A DNA stretch of 17,884 bases, taken from contig CAJKDR010000013.1 in assembly GCA_905198755.1 (NCBI GenBank), forward strand, positions 1 to 17,884, in the 5' to 3' direction. This document shows, piece after piece, positions 7,939 through 16,339 of the stretch. How positions within the stretch are numbered: position 1 is the first letter of the stretch; each line of letters opens with the position of its first letter. The DNA comes from an uncultured Clostridiaceae bacterium. GTDB taxonomy: Bacteria > Bacillota > Clostridia > TANB77 > CAG-508. The position numbers were made by a program, and so were the translations under genes. The notes beneath the pieces were generated by a model. The model worked only from the letters and a program-made list of their open reading frames with translations. It was not told the origin of the DNA and searched no databases.

Positions 7939-8571
7939 ATGAGAACAAATTTTAATATAGAAGATTTTTCAAATAAATTATTAAATTCTTGTGATAAAGT
8001 ACAATTAAAAACTTTTGAAAAAAATGAAATTGTAACAACATATATTATAAATAGAAATCAAGTTTGTATTGTTTTAAATGGATCAGCAGACTTAATGAGA
8101 TATGACTTTAATGGTAATCAAACAATTGTTGAAAAGTTCAATAAATTTGATGTATTTGGTGAAATTTTTTATCAAATAAATACTAATAACGAATTATTTG
8201 TAATTGCTAAAGAAAAATCTAAAATATTAATTTTTAATTATGATATATTTGAAAAAAAATGTAAAAAAAATTGTAAGATGCATGAAGAATTATTAATAGG
8301 ATTACCAAACTTAGTTCTAACAAAAGTATCAGACTTAAACTTAAGAATAGAATTGCTATCTAAGAAAACAATAAGAGATAAACTAATCTCTTATTTTAGA
8401 ATATTATCAGAAAAAAATTTTAGTAAAACCTTTACTCTTCCCCTTAGTTTAACAGATTTAGCTGATTATCTAAGTGTTGATAGAAGTGCTATGATGAGAG
8501 AAATAAAAAGCTTAAAAAATGAGGGTTTTATAAAAAAATCAGATAAAAATAAAATAACATTATTAAGTTAA
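7939..8571 (+). CDS. Crp/Fnr family transcriptional regulator
   Basis: 210 aa; cyclic-nucleotide-binding-like N-domain, long helix region (RIELLSKKTIRDKLISYF), wHTH LTDLADYLSVDRSAMMREIKSLKNEGFI; SD aaggag. Confidence 0.85.
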   Translation: MRTNFNIEDFSNKLLNSCDKVQLKTFEKNEIVTTYIINRNQVCIVLNGSADLMRYDFNGNQTIVEKFNKFDVFGEIFYQINTNNELFVIAKEKSKILIFNYDIFEKKCKKNCKMHEELLIGLPNLVLTKVSDLNLRIELLSKKTIRDKLISYFRILSEKNFSKTFTLPLSLTDLADYLSVDRSAMMREIKSLKNEGFIKKSDKNKITLLS

Positions 8572-8662
8572 ATTATAATTTATGAAACATTATTTATCTT
8601 GCAAATTAAAATTATTGTTCTAAACAAAGAATTGTATAATATACTCCAATTAGGTGATATAT

Positions 8663-9464
8663 ATGCAATTCTTATTTAATTTTGTTAAAGGAATTTTTAT
8701 TGGTGCAGGTGCTATTTTACCTGGTATTAGTAGTGGTGTACTTTGTATTATATTTGGTATATATGAAAAATTAATAGATAGTATTCTAGGATTTTTTAAA
8801 GATATTAAAAAGAACCTAAAATTTCTCATTCCAATTGCTTTAGGTGGTTTTTTCGGTTGTATTATTTTTAGCAACATTCTTGTTTATTTTTTTGATGCAA
8901 TTCCAGTTCAAACAAAATCTTTATTTATAGGATTACTGTTAGGTAGTATTTATATTTTATACAAGCAAGAATTGAATAAAAGTAAAACTTCTTCGTTTTC
9001 TAGTTATCTATCTTTTATAGTTTGTTTTGTTATAGGTTTAGGCTTAATTTTATTTGAAAATAGTGTTGTATATAAAAGTGGATATTATCCTAATGAATTT
9101 AGCTTCTTATTTTTAGTTTTAAGCGGCTTTTTTATGAGCTTTGGAATTGTTATACCCCGGAGTTAGTAGCACCGTTATTTTAATGATTTTAGGCGTATAT
9201 AATACATATCTTAGTGCAGTTTCTATTGTAAATATGAATGTAATTTTTCCAATGATTATTGGAGTAACTGTCGGTTCACTAATTTTAATGAAATTAATAA
9301 AAAAATTATTAACATATTTTCATTCTCAAACTATGTTCGGAATAATTGGATTTAGCCTTGGCAGTTTATTAATCCTCTATCCTACATATTCTTTAAACAT
9401 AGAAAGTTTAATTTCAGTAATTATATTGATTTTAGGATTTCTTGTCGGAAAAAATATAGCTTAG
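8663..9464 (+). pseudogene. DUF368 (PopT-like, putative polyprenyl-phosphate transporter) gene split by a 1-nt frameshift; track ORFs 8654..9166 and 9141..9464
   Basis: First part FNFVKGIFIGAGAILPGISSGVLCIIFGIYEKL...SGFFMSFGIVIP; second part PGVSSTVILMILGVYNTYL...IGVTVGSLILMKLIKKLL. Joined by removing one C in the CCCC run at 9155..9158. ATG 8663 with upstream aggtg is a better start than GTG 8654. Confidence 0.82.
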
Positions 9465-9536
9465 GTATTTTATAGAATAACAAAAATTTGCAGAGTAAAT
9501 TTCTGTTCAAAGTATTTATATATTAATATAAAAATA

Positions 9537-9555
9537 GTGCCACTAAAAGTAGCAC
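9537..9555 (-). terminator. Probable Rho-independent terminator for the 9568..9909 gene
   Basis: Minus strand GTGCTACT-TTT-AGTGGCAC (one T-G wobble) followed by TATTTTTATATT. Confidence 0.55.
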
Positions 9556-9567
9556 CATTTTCGAATG

Positions 9568-9909
9568 TTAGTTTTTATCAGGTTCTTCATATTCGAACAA
9601 ATAGAAGATTTCAACTGTGTCAGTATCTTTGTCTACTGTAGTTGCTTTGTCGCAATTTGAAATTCTAGGAAAATCATATAAATTGCTAAACAATCCGATA
9701 ATTACTTTCATTCCGTCTATATCACATGAAAAACTTTCTTTTATCAATTCAAAAGATTTATCATCTTTATTGTACATGCGAATTGATACTTGTGATGGGG
9801 CTTCGTTATCCACATTGGACATCTTTAATGATATTCCAATCATACTAGTTTCGGAGCTTACCGTTTCTCTTATCCGTTCCAACATGTGAGATATGCTATT
9901 TTCGATCAT
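9568..9909 (-). CDS. Hypothetical protein, 113 aa
   Basis: Complete ORF with SD (aaggaggtc) upstream and a terminator downstream; no recognised domain. Confidence 0.65.
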   Translation of the reverse strand: MIENSISHMLERIRETVSSETSMIGISLKMSNVDNEAPSQVSIRMYNKDDKSFELIKESFSCDIDGMKVIIGLFSNLYDFPRISNCDKATTVDKDTDTVEIFYLFEYEEPDKN

Positions 9910-9966
9910 AAAAATATGACCTCCTTAAAAATATTTTTGATATGGTAATTGCCATTATCAATATTA

Positions 9967-9995
9967 ATTATATCATGTTTTACATAAAATTGCAA
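9967..9995 (-). promoter_or_regulatory. Putative promoter for the 9568..9909 gene: TTGCAA (9995..9990), N17, TATAAT (9972..9967)
   Basis: Near-consensus hexamers, 17-bp spacer, directly downstream of the previous gene's terminator. Confidence 0.6.
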
Positions 9996-10020
9996 AAAGA
10001 TGTGTTTTACACATCTTTTT
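9994..10020 (-). terminator. Rho-independent terminator of the U32-family gene; its stop codon lies in the loop
   Basis: aaaaagatgtg / cacatcttttt, 11-bp perfect stem with a 5-nt loop; TAA stop (tta at 10007..10009) in the loop. Confidence 0.8.
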
Positions 10021-11245
10021 TTCTTCTAATTATCCAATTTTCCTCACATTTTATTGGTAAGTGCATTTTTACTGTTTGTCCTTGTTTTCCTGGGTTAACG
10101 CATTCTATTTCTTCATTTGTTTCAGAGTCCCATAATTTTTCTATGTTAAACACATAATTATTAATAGTTCCTGGAATTAATATCTCCAATGTATCCCCTA
10201 CTTTTAATTTGTTTCTTATTTCTATTATTGATTTGTCTTCATCATATTTTAATATTTTACCACCAAATTCATATTGTAAATTATATTGCTTTCCTTCATA
10301 TTCTTGAAAGTCTTTATTATTTCTATCATTAAAATAAAATGTTGTTAATCCTCTAGTTTTTGTTTTTTCTAATTCTTTTAGATATTTAGTATAATCATAG
10401 TTTTCTGTGTTCTTTATACATTCATCTATTGCAGTTCTATAAGTATTTATAACAGATGCTAAATAATATTCTGTTTTTAGTCTACCTTCTATTTTTAAAC
10501 TATCTACTCCCATTTCAATAATTTCTGGTAATTCCTTTATTAAGCATAAATCTTTTGATGAAAATATATATGTTCCATGTTCATCATCTTCTACAGGCAT
10601 TAGATTACCTGGATTATTTTTTTCTTCAACATATACATTATAAGCCCATCTGCAACTCTGTGCACAGTCTCCAAGATTAGCACTTCTACATGCTAAAAAA
10701 TCACTTAAGAAGCATCTTCCTGAATATCCAAAGCAAATTGCTCCATGAACAAATATTTCTGTTTCTAAATCATCTGGAGTTTTTTCAATTATTTCTCTTA
10801 TTTGTTCTTTATTTAATTCTCTTCCTAATATAACTCTTTTTGCTCCATTTTTCTCCCAAAAATTTGCATTATGATAGCTTACTATATTAGCTTGTGTGCT
10901 TATATGTATATCAACATTAGGAGCATATTTTTTAAATATTTCTACTATTCCTCCATCTGAAATAATAGCTCCATCTACTTTTATATCATTTAATATTTTT
11001 GCTTGTTTTATTACTTCTTCATATTTATCATCCCAAGCAAAAATATTGACTGCAGCATATACCTTTTTTCCTATACTATGTGCATATTCAATTGTTTTTT
11101 CTAATTCGTCATCATTTACAGAAACCCTACTTCTTAATGATAAAGAAGATGTTCCCATATATACAGCGTCTGCACCATATAAAAAAGCAATTTTTGCTTT
11201 TTCAAAAGATCCTGCTGGTGCTAATAATTCCGGTTTTTTGTTCAT
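10007..11245 (-). CDS. trhP: Peptidase U32 family protein, TrhP/YrrO-like (tRNA U34 hydroxylation)
   Basis: 412 aa; MNKKPELLAPAGSFEKAKIAFLYGADAVYMG, FVHGAICFGYSGRCFLSDFLACRSANLGDCAQSCRWAY, SLKIEGRLKTEYYLASV. Confidence 0.85.
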   Translation of the reverse strand: MNKKPELLAPAGSFEKAKIAFLYGADAVYMGTSSLSLRSRVSVNDDELEKTIEYAHSIGKKVYAAVNIFAWDDKYEEVIKQAKILNDIKVDGAIISDGGIVEIFKKYAPNVDIHISTQANIVSYHNANFWEKNGAKRVILGRELNKEQIREIIEKTPDDLETEIFVHGAICFGYSGRCFLSDFLACRSANLGDCAQSCRWAYNVYVEEKNNPGNLMPVEDDEHGTYIFSSKDLCLIKELPEIIEMGVDSLKIEGRLKTEYYLASVINTYRTAIDECIKNTENYDYTKYLKELEKTKTRGLTTFYFNDRNNKDFQEYEGKQYNLQYEFGGKILKYDEDKSIIEIRNKLKVGDTLEILIPGTINNYVFNIEKLWDSETNEEIECVNPGKQGQTVKMHLPIKCEENWIIRRKKDV

Positions 11246-11254
11246 ATTTTTCTC

Positions 11255-11953
11255 CTATATTAATTTATTTTTTTCTTCTGGTTCTTTTATTGTTGTTATG
11301 TCTACAAATGGATAAAGTCTTCTTATTATTTCTTTATATTTTAATTCATAAAAGCCATTTTCTCTAGACACCCACATTCTAGGTATTTGTTTTCCAATTA
11401 TTAATGTTTCATTGTTTAGCTTGTTTTGAATTTCTTCTTTGTTTACTTTTTTGTAATCATGATGACTAGCTTCTGTATTTAATTCAACATCTATTGTTTT
11501 AAATTGGCATTCTACTGCTGGTACATTATGACTTGCTAATGTACTATTATTTCCTTTTTTTATTGAATAAGACTCATGCCATGCTTTATAGCCATTTTCT
11601 TTATTATGAAATTTTGATCTTGTACTTTTAAATGTTTTTTCTAGTTCTTCTTTAATTTCATGAATTTCATTTTCGTTGGCACATATTATTTCAATCCCAA
11701 ATACATCATCAAGCATTTTATTTTTTTGAAAATTTTTAACTGCGCTGTCAGTATCTTTTATTCTTGCTCTAATTTCTATAAATTGACTAATTTGAGCATG
11801 ATTTTTTAAGTTCTCTATTACATCATAAACGTAATTCATAAATTCAAAAAATCCATTTTCTTGAGAATTAACAAAGTCTGCATATAAATTTTCTTTGTTA
11901 ACTCTTTCTATTATTTCATTAGTAGATATTGTTTCTTTATATTGATCTAACAT
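11255..11953 (-). CDS. Divergent RelA/SpoT synthetase-domain-like protein
   Basis: 232 aa; IEIRARIKDTDSAVKNFQKNKMLDDVFGIEII, NGYKAWHESYSI, VPAVECQFKTIDVELNTEASHHDYKK match the pattern R.KS..S...K......D..GIRI / GY.S.H / VEIQ.RT...... / .EH..YK of the (p)ppGpp synthetase fold. Confidence 0.6.
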   Translation of the reverse strand: MLDQYKETISTNEIIERVNKENLYADFVNSQENGFFEFMNYVYDVIENLKNHAQISQFIEIRARIKDTDSAVKNFQKNKMLDDVFGIEIICANENEIHEIKEELEKTFKSTRSKFHNKENGYKAWHESYSIKKGNNSTLASHNVPAVECQFKTIDVELNTEASHHDYKKVNKEEIQNKLNNETLIIGKQIPRMWVSRENGFYELKYKEIIRRLYPFVDITTIKEPEEKNKLI

Positions 11954-11954
11954 A

Positions 11955-12545
11955 CTAATTTCTCCTCTTGCTAATAGCTAAACCGTCTCCTATTTCTAAA
12001 ATTTCTGTTATTAAATTTGGATCTTCTGTTGTTTCTTTTATATATTCTCGTAAATTTCTTACAGCGGTTCTTTGTTTATGTTTATTATAATCGCTCATAA
12101 CATACCCCTTATATAATATGTTATCAGCTAATATTATACCATCATTTTTTAATAATCTTAAAGCATGTTCTAAAAAAATAGGATATTTCCCTTTTGCAGC
12201 ATCTATAAATACCATATCATATTTTTTATTAATAGTTGGTAATATTTCAACTGCATCTCCTGAAATTATATTAATTTGTTTTTCTACCTCTGCTTTTTTT
12301 ACATTTATTTTTGCTTCTTCTATTCTTTGTTCATCTCTCTCAATTGTATCAATAATTCCATCATCGCTTAAAAACTTAGTAAAACAGATAGCAGAATAGC
12401 CAACAGCAGTACCTATTTCTAGAATACTGCTTATTTTTTTGTCATTATATAATTCATAAATATATTCCAATGTGTCATCCATTATAATTGGTATATGATT
12501 TTCTAAAGCTTTTTCTTTTATTTCTAATAGTGCTATTTTATTCAC
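11955..12545 (-). CDS. trmR: SAM-dependent O-methyltransferase, TrmR/YrrM-like (5-hydroxyuridine tRNA methyltransferase)
   Basis: 196 aa; ILEIGTAVGYSAICF, DGIIDTIERDE, YDMVFIDAAKGKYPIFLEHALRLLKNDGIILADNILYKGYV. Confidence 0.82.
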   Translation of the reverse strand: MNKIALLEIKEKALENHIPIIMDDTLEYIYELYNDKKISSILEIGTAVGYSAICFTKFLSDDGIIDTIERDEQRIEEAKINVKKAEVEKQINIISGDAVEILPTINKKYDMVFIDAAKGKYPIFLEHALRLLKNDGIILADNILYKGYVMSDYNKHKQRTAVRNLREYIKETTEDPNLITEILEIGDGLAISKRRN

Positions 12546-12550
12546 GATTT

Positions 12551-12832
12551 TTACCTTTCTTCTCTTTCAAAATGGTAATCAACATATGTTTCAAAAAAAC
12601 TTTTAACGGTTGAATTTGTATATGTTTTCAATAAATATGAGATAATTTCCTCTTTACTATGGTGCTTTCTTATCATTCTTTTTATATCTTCATGTATTCT
12701 TCTTCGTTCTATGCTGTCAGGACTTGTAGGAATTTTATGCGACTCAGAGATTCCAATTTCATTATATCTTCCACCTTTATAAGAAGAGGTCTTGTTTAAT
12801 CTTTCAACTCCTGATTTTAAATATGTTTTCAT
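12551..12832 (-). CDS. Small conserved-looking hypothetical protein, 93 aa
   Basis: Complete ORF 5 nt from the methyltransferase gene and 8 nt from typA, consistent with operon membership. Confidence 0.65.
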   Translation of the reverse strand: MKTYLKSGVERLNKTSSYKGGRYNEIGISESHKIPTSPDSIERRRIHEDIKRMIRKHHSKEEIISYLLKTYTNSTVKSFFETYVDYHFEREER

Positions 12833-12840
12833 TTTTTCTC

Positions 12841-14658
12841 CTACTTATTTCTTCTAGCTTCTCTTTCTCTTGTTTTTGTATCTAATATTTTCTTTCTTAA
12901 TCTAATGTTTTTAGGTGTTACTTCTACTAATTCATCATCTTGAATAAATTCAATTGCTTTTTCTAATGACATTTGAATTGGTGGAACTAATCTTAAAGCA
13001 TCATCTGAACCTGAAGCTCTAGTATTAGTTAAATGTTTTTCTTTACATACATTTATTGCTAAGTCTTCATTTCTAGAATTTAATCCAACTATCATTCCTT
13101 CATATACTTCTACACCAGGTCCTATAAATAATTCACCTTTATCTTGTGCATTGTATAATCCATATGTTATAGATGTTCCAGCTTCCCATGCAACAATTGT
13201 ACCTCTTGTTCTTGCTTGAATATCACCCTTATATTCTTCATATGAATCAAATATATGGTTCATTGTTCCTTCACCTTTAGTGTCTGTTAAGAATTCTGTT
13301 CTATAACCAATTAATCCTCTTGCTGGAATCTTGAATTCTACTTTTGTATGACCATCTTCTGCAGGTTCCATATTAAGCATTTCAGCTTTTCTTCTTCCTA
13401 ATTTTTCAATAACATTTCCTATACAATCATCTGGAACATTTACAACTAATCTTTCAATTGGTTCACATTTCTTTCCATCTATTTCTTTAAAAATAACTTT
13501 TGGACGAGATACTAATAATTCAAATCCTTCTCTTCTCATTGTTTCTATTAATACAGATAAGTGTAATTCACCACGTCCAGATACTTCAAATGCTTCTGCT
13601 CTATCTGTTTCTTTTACTCTTAAACTTACATTTCTTTCAAGTTCTTTAAATAATCTATCTCTTAAATGTCTTGATGTAACAAACTCACCTTCACGTCCTG
13701 CGAAAGGTCCATCGTTTACACTAAATGTCATAGAAACTGTTGGTTCATCTATATCAACAAAAGGTATCTTTTCTGGATTTGCTGGATCACAAATTGTATC
13801 ACCTATATTTATATCTGAAATTCCTGCTATTTCAATAATATCTCCTGCTTTTGCTTCTTCAACTTCTACTTTCTTTAATCCTTGATGTGTATAAACTTTG
13901 GCTATTTTTCCATTTACTGTTTTATCATCTTTTTTGCATATAACAACATTCATTCCTGTTTTTACTGTTCCACGCTCTAGTCTACCTACTGCGATTCTTC
14001 CAACATAATCATCATAATCTATGTTAGATACCAACATTTGCATTGTTCCATCTTCATCACATTCTGGTGGATTTATTGTATTTATTATTGTCTCAAATAA
14101 ACATGTTAAATCAGATGATTCATCTTCTAGATTCATTTTTCCTATTCCTAATTTTGCTGAAGCATATACAACAGGAAAATCTAATTGTTCATCTGTTGCA
14201 TTTAGTTCTATAAATAATTCAATTACTTCATCAACAACTTTTTCTGGATTTGCTCCAGGTCTATCTATTTTATTTATGACAACTATTGGTTTTAAGTCTA
14301 ATGCTAATGATTTCTTTAAAACCTCTCTTGTTTGAGGCATTGCTCCTTCAAAAGCATCTACTAGTAATAAAACACCATCAACTGTTTTTAAAACTCTTTC
14401 TACTTCTCCTCCAAAGTCTGCGTGTCCTGGAGTATCTACTATATTTATTTTTACATCTTTATATTGTACTGATGTATTTTTAGAAAGTATTGTTATTCCT
14501 CTTTCTTTTTCCAAATCATTAGAGTCCATTACTCTATCTTGTACTACTTCATTATCTCTAAAAACATGGCTTTGTTTTAGTAGTGCATCTACTAAAGTTG
14601 TTTTTCCATGATCAACGTGTGCTATAATTGCAATATTTCTTATATTTTTATTATTCAT
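12841..14658 (-). CDS. typA: Translational GTPase TypA/BipA
   Basis: 605 aa; NIAIIAHVDHGKTTLVDALLKQSHVFR, ERGITILSKN, DTPGHADFGGEVER, NKIDRPGA; GRGELHLSVLIETMRREGFE. Confidence 0.97.
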   Translation of the reverse strand: MNNKNIRNIAIIAHVDHGKTTLVDALLKQSHVFRDNEVVQDRVMDSNDLEKERGITILSKNTSVQYKDVKINIVDTPGHADFGGEVERVLKTVDGVLLLVDAFEGAMPQTREVLKKSLALDLKPIVVINKIDRPGANPEKVVDEVIELFIELNATDEQLDFPVVYASAKLGIGKMNLEDESSDLTCLFETIINTINPPECDEDGTMQMLVSNIDYDDYVGRIAVGRLERGTVKTGMNVVICKKDDKTVNGKIAKVYTHQGLKKVEVEEAKAGDIIEIAGISDINIGDTICDPANPEKIPFVDIDEPTVSMTFSVNDGPFAGREGEFVTSRHLRDRLFKELERNVSLRVKETDRAEAFEVSGRGELHLSVLIETMRREGFELLVSRPKVIFKEIDGKKCEPIERLVVNVPDDCIGNVIEKLGRRKAEMLNMEPAEDGHTKVEFKIPARGLIGYRTEFLTDTKGEGTMNHIFDSYEEYKGDIQARTRGTIVAWEAGTSITYGLYNAQDKGELFIGPGVEVYEGMIVGLNSRNEDLAINVCKEKHLTNTRASGSDDALRLVPPIQMSLEKAIEFIQDDELVEVTPKNIRLRKKILDTKTREREARRNK

Positions 14659-14671
14659 TTTCTTTCTCCTT

Positions 14672-15592
14672 TTATTTATTATTTATATAATCTTCATATC
14701 CATATTCTTTTGATGTTCCTTCAAGTTCTTTAATTGATAAACCTATTTTTCTACTTTCTTTATCAATATTTATTATTTTAGCATTTACCATTTGTCCTAT
14801 TTCTAATTCATCTTCTGGTTTTGCAACTCTATGTAATGTTGTTATTTCTGAATTATGTACTAATCCTTCTAAACCTTTTTCTATTTCTACAAAAGCTCCA
14901 AATGGTGCAAATTTAATTACCTTGCATGTTACAACATCATTAATATTATATTTACTTGCTAAAGCATACCAAGGATTTTCACCTTTTAGAGGATATGCAA
15001 GTGATATTTTGTTGTTTTCTTTATCAAAATCTTTTACTATTACTTCTATGACTTCTCCAACATTAAATTTGTCTTCTAATTTTTCGTCTTTATTCCAAAA
15101 TATCTCTGAAATATGTAGTAATCCTTTAGTTGGTCCTAAATTAATAAATAAACCATAGTCAGCAATTTTATCAATTGTTCCTGTATATCTCTTTCCTATT
15201 TTTATATTATCCCAAAACTCTTTTAAACTTTTAGCTCTTTCTTCTCTTTTTATTTCACGTTCTTTAGCTTCTTTAATTCTTTTTTCCTTTTCTTCTTTTA
15301 TCTTTCTTCTTTTTTCTACTCTTTTATAAGATAAAAGAACATTTCCTAATCCATCATTCCACTTTAAAACATCAGCAGTAATTGTATCTCCTGGATTAAA
15401 TTCATCTTTAGGATTTTTATTTTCATCTTCTGAATATTCCTTTAATGGTATAATTCCATCTGCTTTATATCCAAAGTCAACAAAAATTTCTCCTTTTGAA
15501 GATACTTCAATAACTTTTCCTGTTATTGTTTTATCAAATCTTTTTTCTTCTAAAGATTTATTGAACAATTCTTCAAAATTTTCTTCTTCCAT
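14672..15592 (-). CDS. rpsA: S1 RNA-binding domain protein, ribosomal protein S1-like
   Basis: 306 aa with three S1-like domains (GKVIEVSSKGEIFVDFGYKADGIIP; GTIDKIADYGLFINLGPTKGLLHISE; CKVIKFAPFGAFVEIEKGLEGLVHNSE). Confidence 0.85.
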   Translation of the reverse strand: MEEENFEELFNKSLEEKRFDKTITGKVIEVSSKGEIFVDFGYKADGIIPLKEYSEDENKNPKDEFNPGDTITADVLKWNDGLGNVLLSYKRVEKRRKIKEEKEKRIKEAKEREIKREERAKSLKEFWDNIKIGKRYTGTIDKIADYGLFINLGPTKGLLHISEIFWNKDEKLEDKFNVGEVIEVIVKDFDKENNKISLAYPLKGENPWYALASKYNINDVVTCKVIKFAPFGAFVEIEKGLEGLVHNSEITTLHRVAKPEDELEIGQMVNAKIINIDKESRKIGLSIKELEGTSKEYGYEDYINNK

Positions 15593-15619
15593 ATTTTTAC
15601 CTTACTTTCTTGGATAATT

Positions 15620-15653
15620 ATTTTTAGGACACGGCTTGCCATGTCCTAAAAAT
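15620..15653 (-). promoter_or_regulatory. Long palindromic hairpin in the 5' leader of the S1-like gene
   Basis: Minus strand ATTTTTAGGACATGGC-AA-GCCGTGTCCTAAAAAT: 16-bp stem with one T-G wobble and a 2-nt loop, between the predicted TSS (~15657) and the start codon (15592). Confidence 0.7.
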
Positions 15654-15663
15654 GCTATTTAAT

Positions 15664-15692
15664 ATTATACTCCAAAACATTTGATTTGTCAA
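15664..15692 (-). promoter_or_regulatory. Consensus sigma-A promoter for the S1-like gene: TTGACA (15692..15687), N17, TATAAT (15669..15664)
   Basis: Both hexamers match consensus exactly with optimal spacing. Confidence 0.85.
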
Positions 15693-15718
15693 TAAAAACA
15701 GAGTATATTTCAACTCTG
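15693..15718 (-). terminator. Rho-independent terminator of plsC
   Basis: Minus strand CAGAGT-TGAAATAT-ACTCTG-TTTTTATT; the plsC TGA (15710..15712) lies within the hairpin. Confidence 0.7.
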
Positions 15719-16306
15719 CTTTTGTGGTATATTTATATTTGGCCATATTGCCTTTGTTATTTCTCCGCTTATTAAATCTAAAGTTTCCTTTTCTGGTTTT
15801 TTTGATTGATATTCTGAAAAATCTAATGGCTTTCCATAATATAGTTTTACTTTTCTAAATGGTTTAAAATTCCCTTCTATTCTTACTGGTATTACTTCTA
15901 CACCACTTCTTGCAGCTAAATATGCTGGGCCATTTTGAATCTTTCCTCTTTTTTTCATTCCATTTCTTGTACCTTCAGGGAATATAGCTAATATTTTATT
16001 CTCCTTTAATACTTTTAATGATTTCTTAATTGATTCTATATCTTGTTTACCTCTTTTAACTGGAAAAATATTTGTTTTATCTGCAAACCAATATAAGAAT
16101 TTATTTTTGAAAAGCTCTTGTTTTGCCATCATATACATTTCTCTTTTAGTGGCAGAGTATAAAACTGGTGGATCCCAATTGCTTGTATGGTTTGCGCACA
16201 TTATATATGCCTTTCCTTTTTCTATGTTTTCTTGACCATATGTTTGTACTCTAAATAAAATCAATGTGAATATTCTTACAAAGAATTTCACTATTACTCT
16301 TATCAT
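15710..16306 (-). CDS. plsC: 1-acyl-sn-glycerol-3-phosphate acyltransferase
   Basis: 198 aa; ANHTSNWDPPVL (HX4D), IFPEGTRNG, PVRIEGNFKPFRKVKLYYGKPL. Confidence 0.93.
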   Translation of the reverse strand: MIRVIVKFFVRIFTLILFRVQTYGQENIEKGKAYIMCANHTSNWDPPVLYSATKREMYMMAKQELFKNKFLYWFADKTNIFPVKRGKQDIESIKKSLKVLKENKILAIFPEGTRNGMKKRGKIQNGPAYLAARSGVEVIPVRIEGNFKPFRKVKLYYGKPLDFSEYQSKKPEKETLDLISGEITKAIWPNINIPQKQS

Positions 16307-16339
16307 CTTTTTGCTCTCTCCTTTATACTTTTGATATAT

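Noticed and set aside
8650-8877. Minus-strand 75-aa ORF
   Set aside because: Antisense to the 5' end of the DUF368 gene, whose protein motifs are convincing.
9942-10157. Plus-strand 71-aa ORF
   Set aside because: Spans a promoter, a terminator hairpin and the 3' end of trhP; no independent support.
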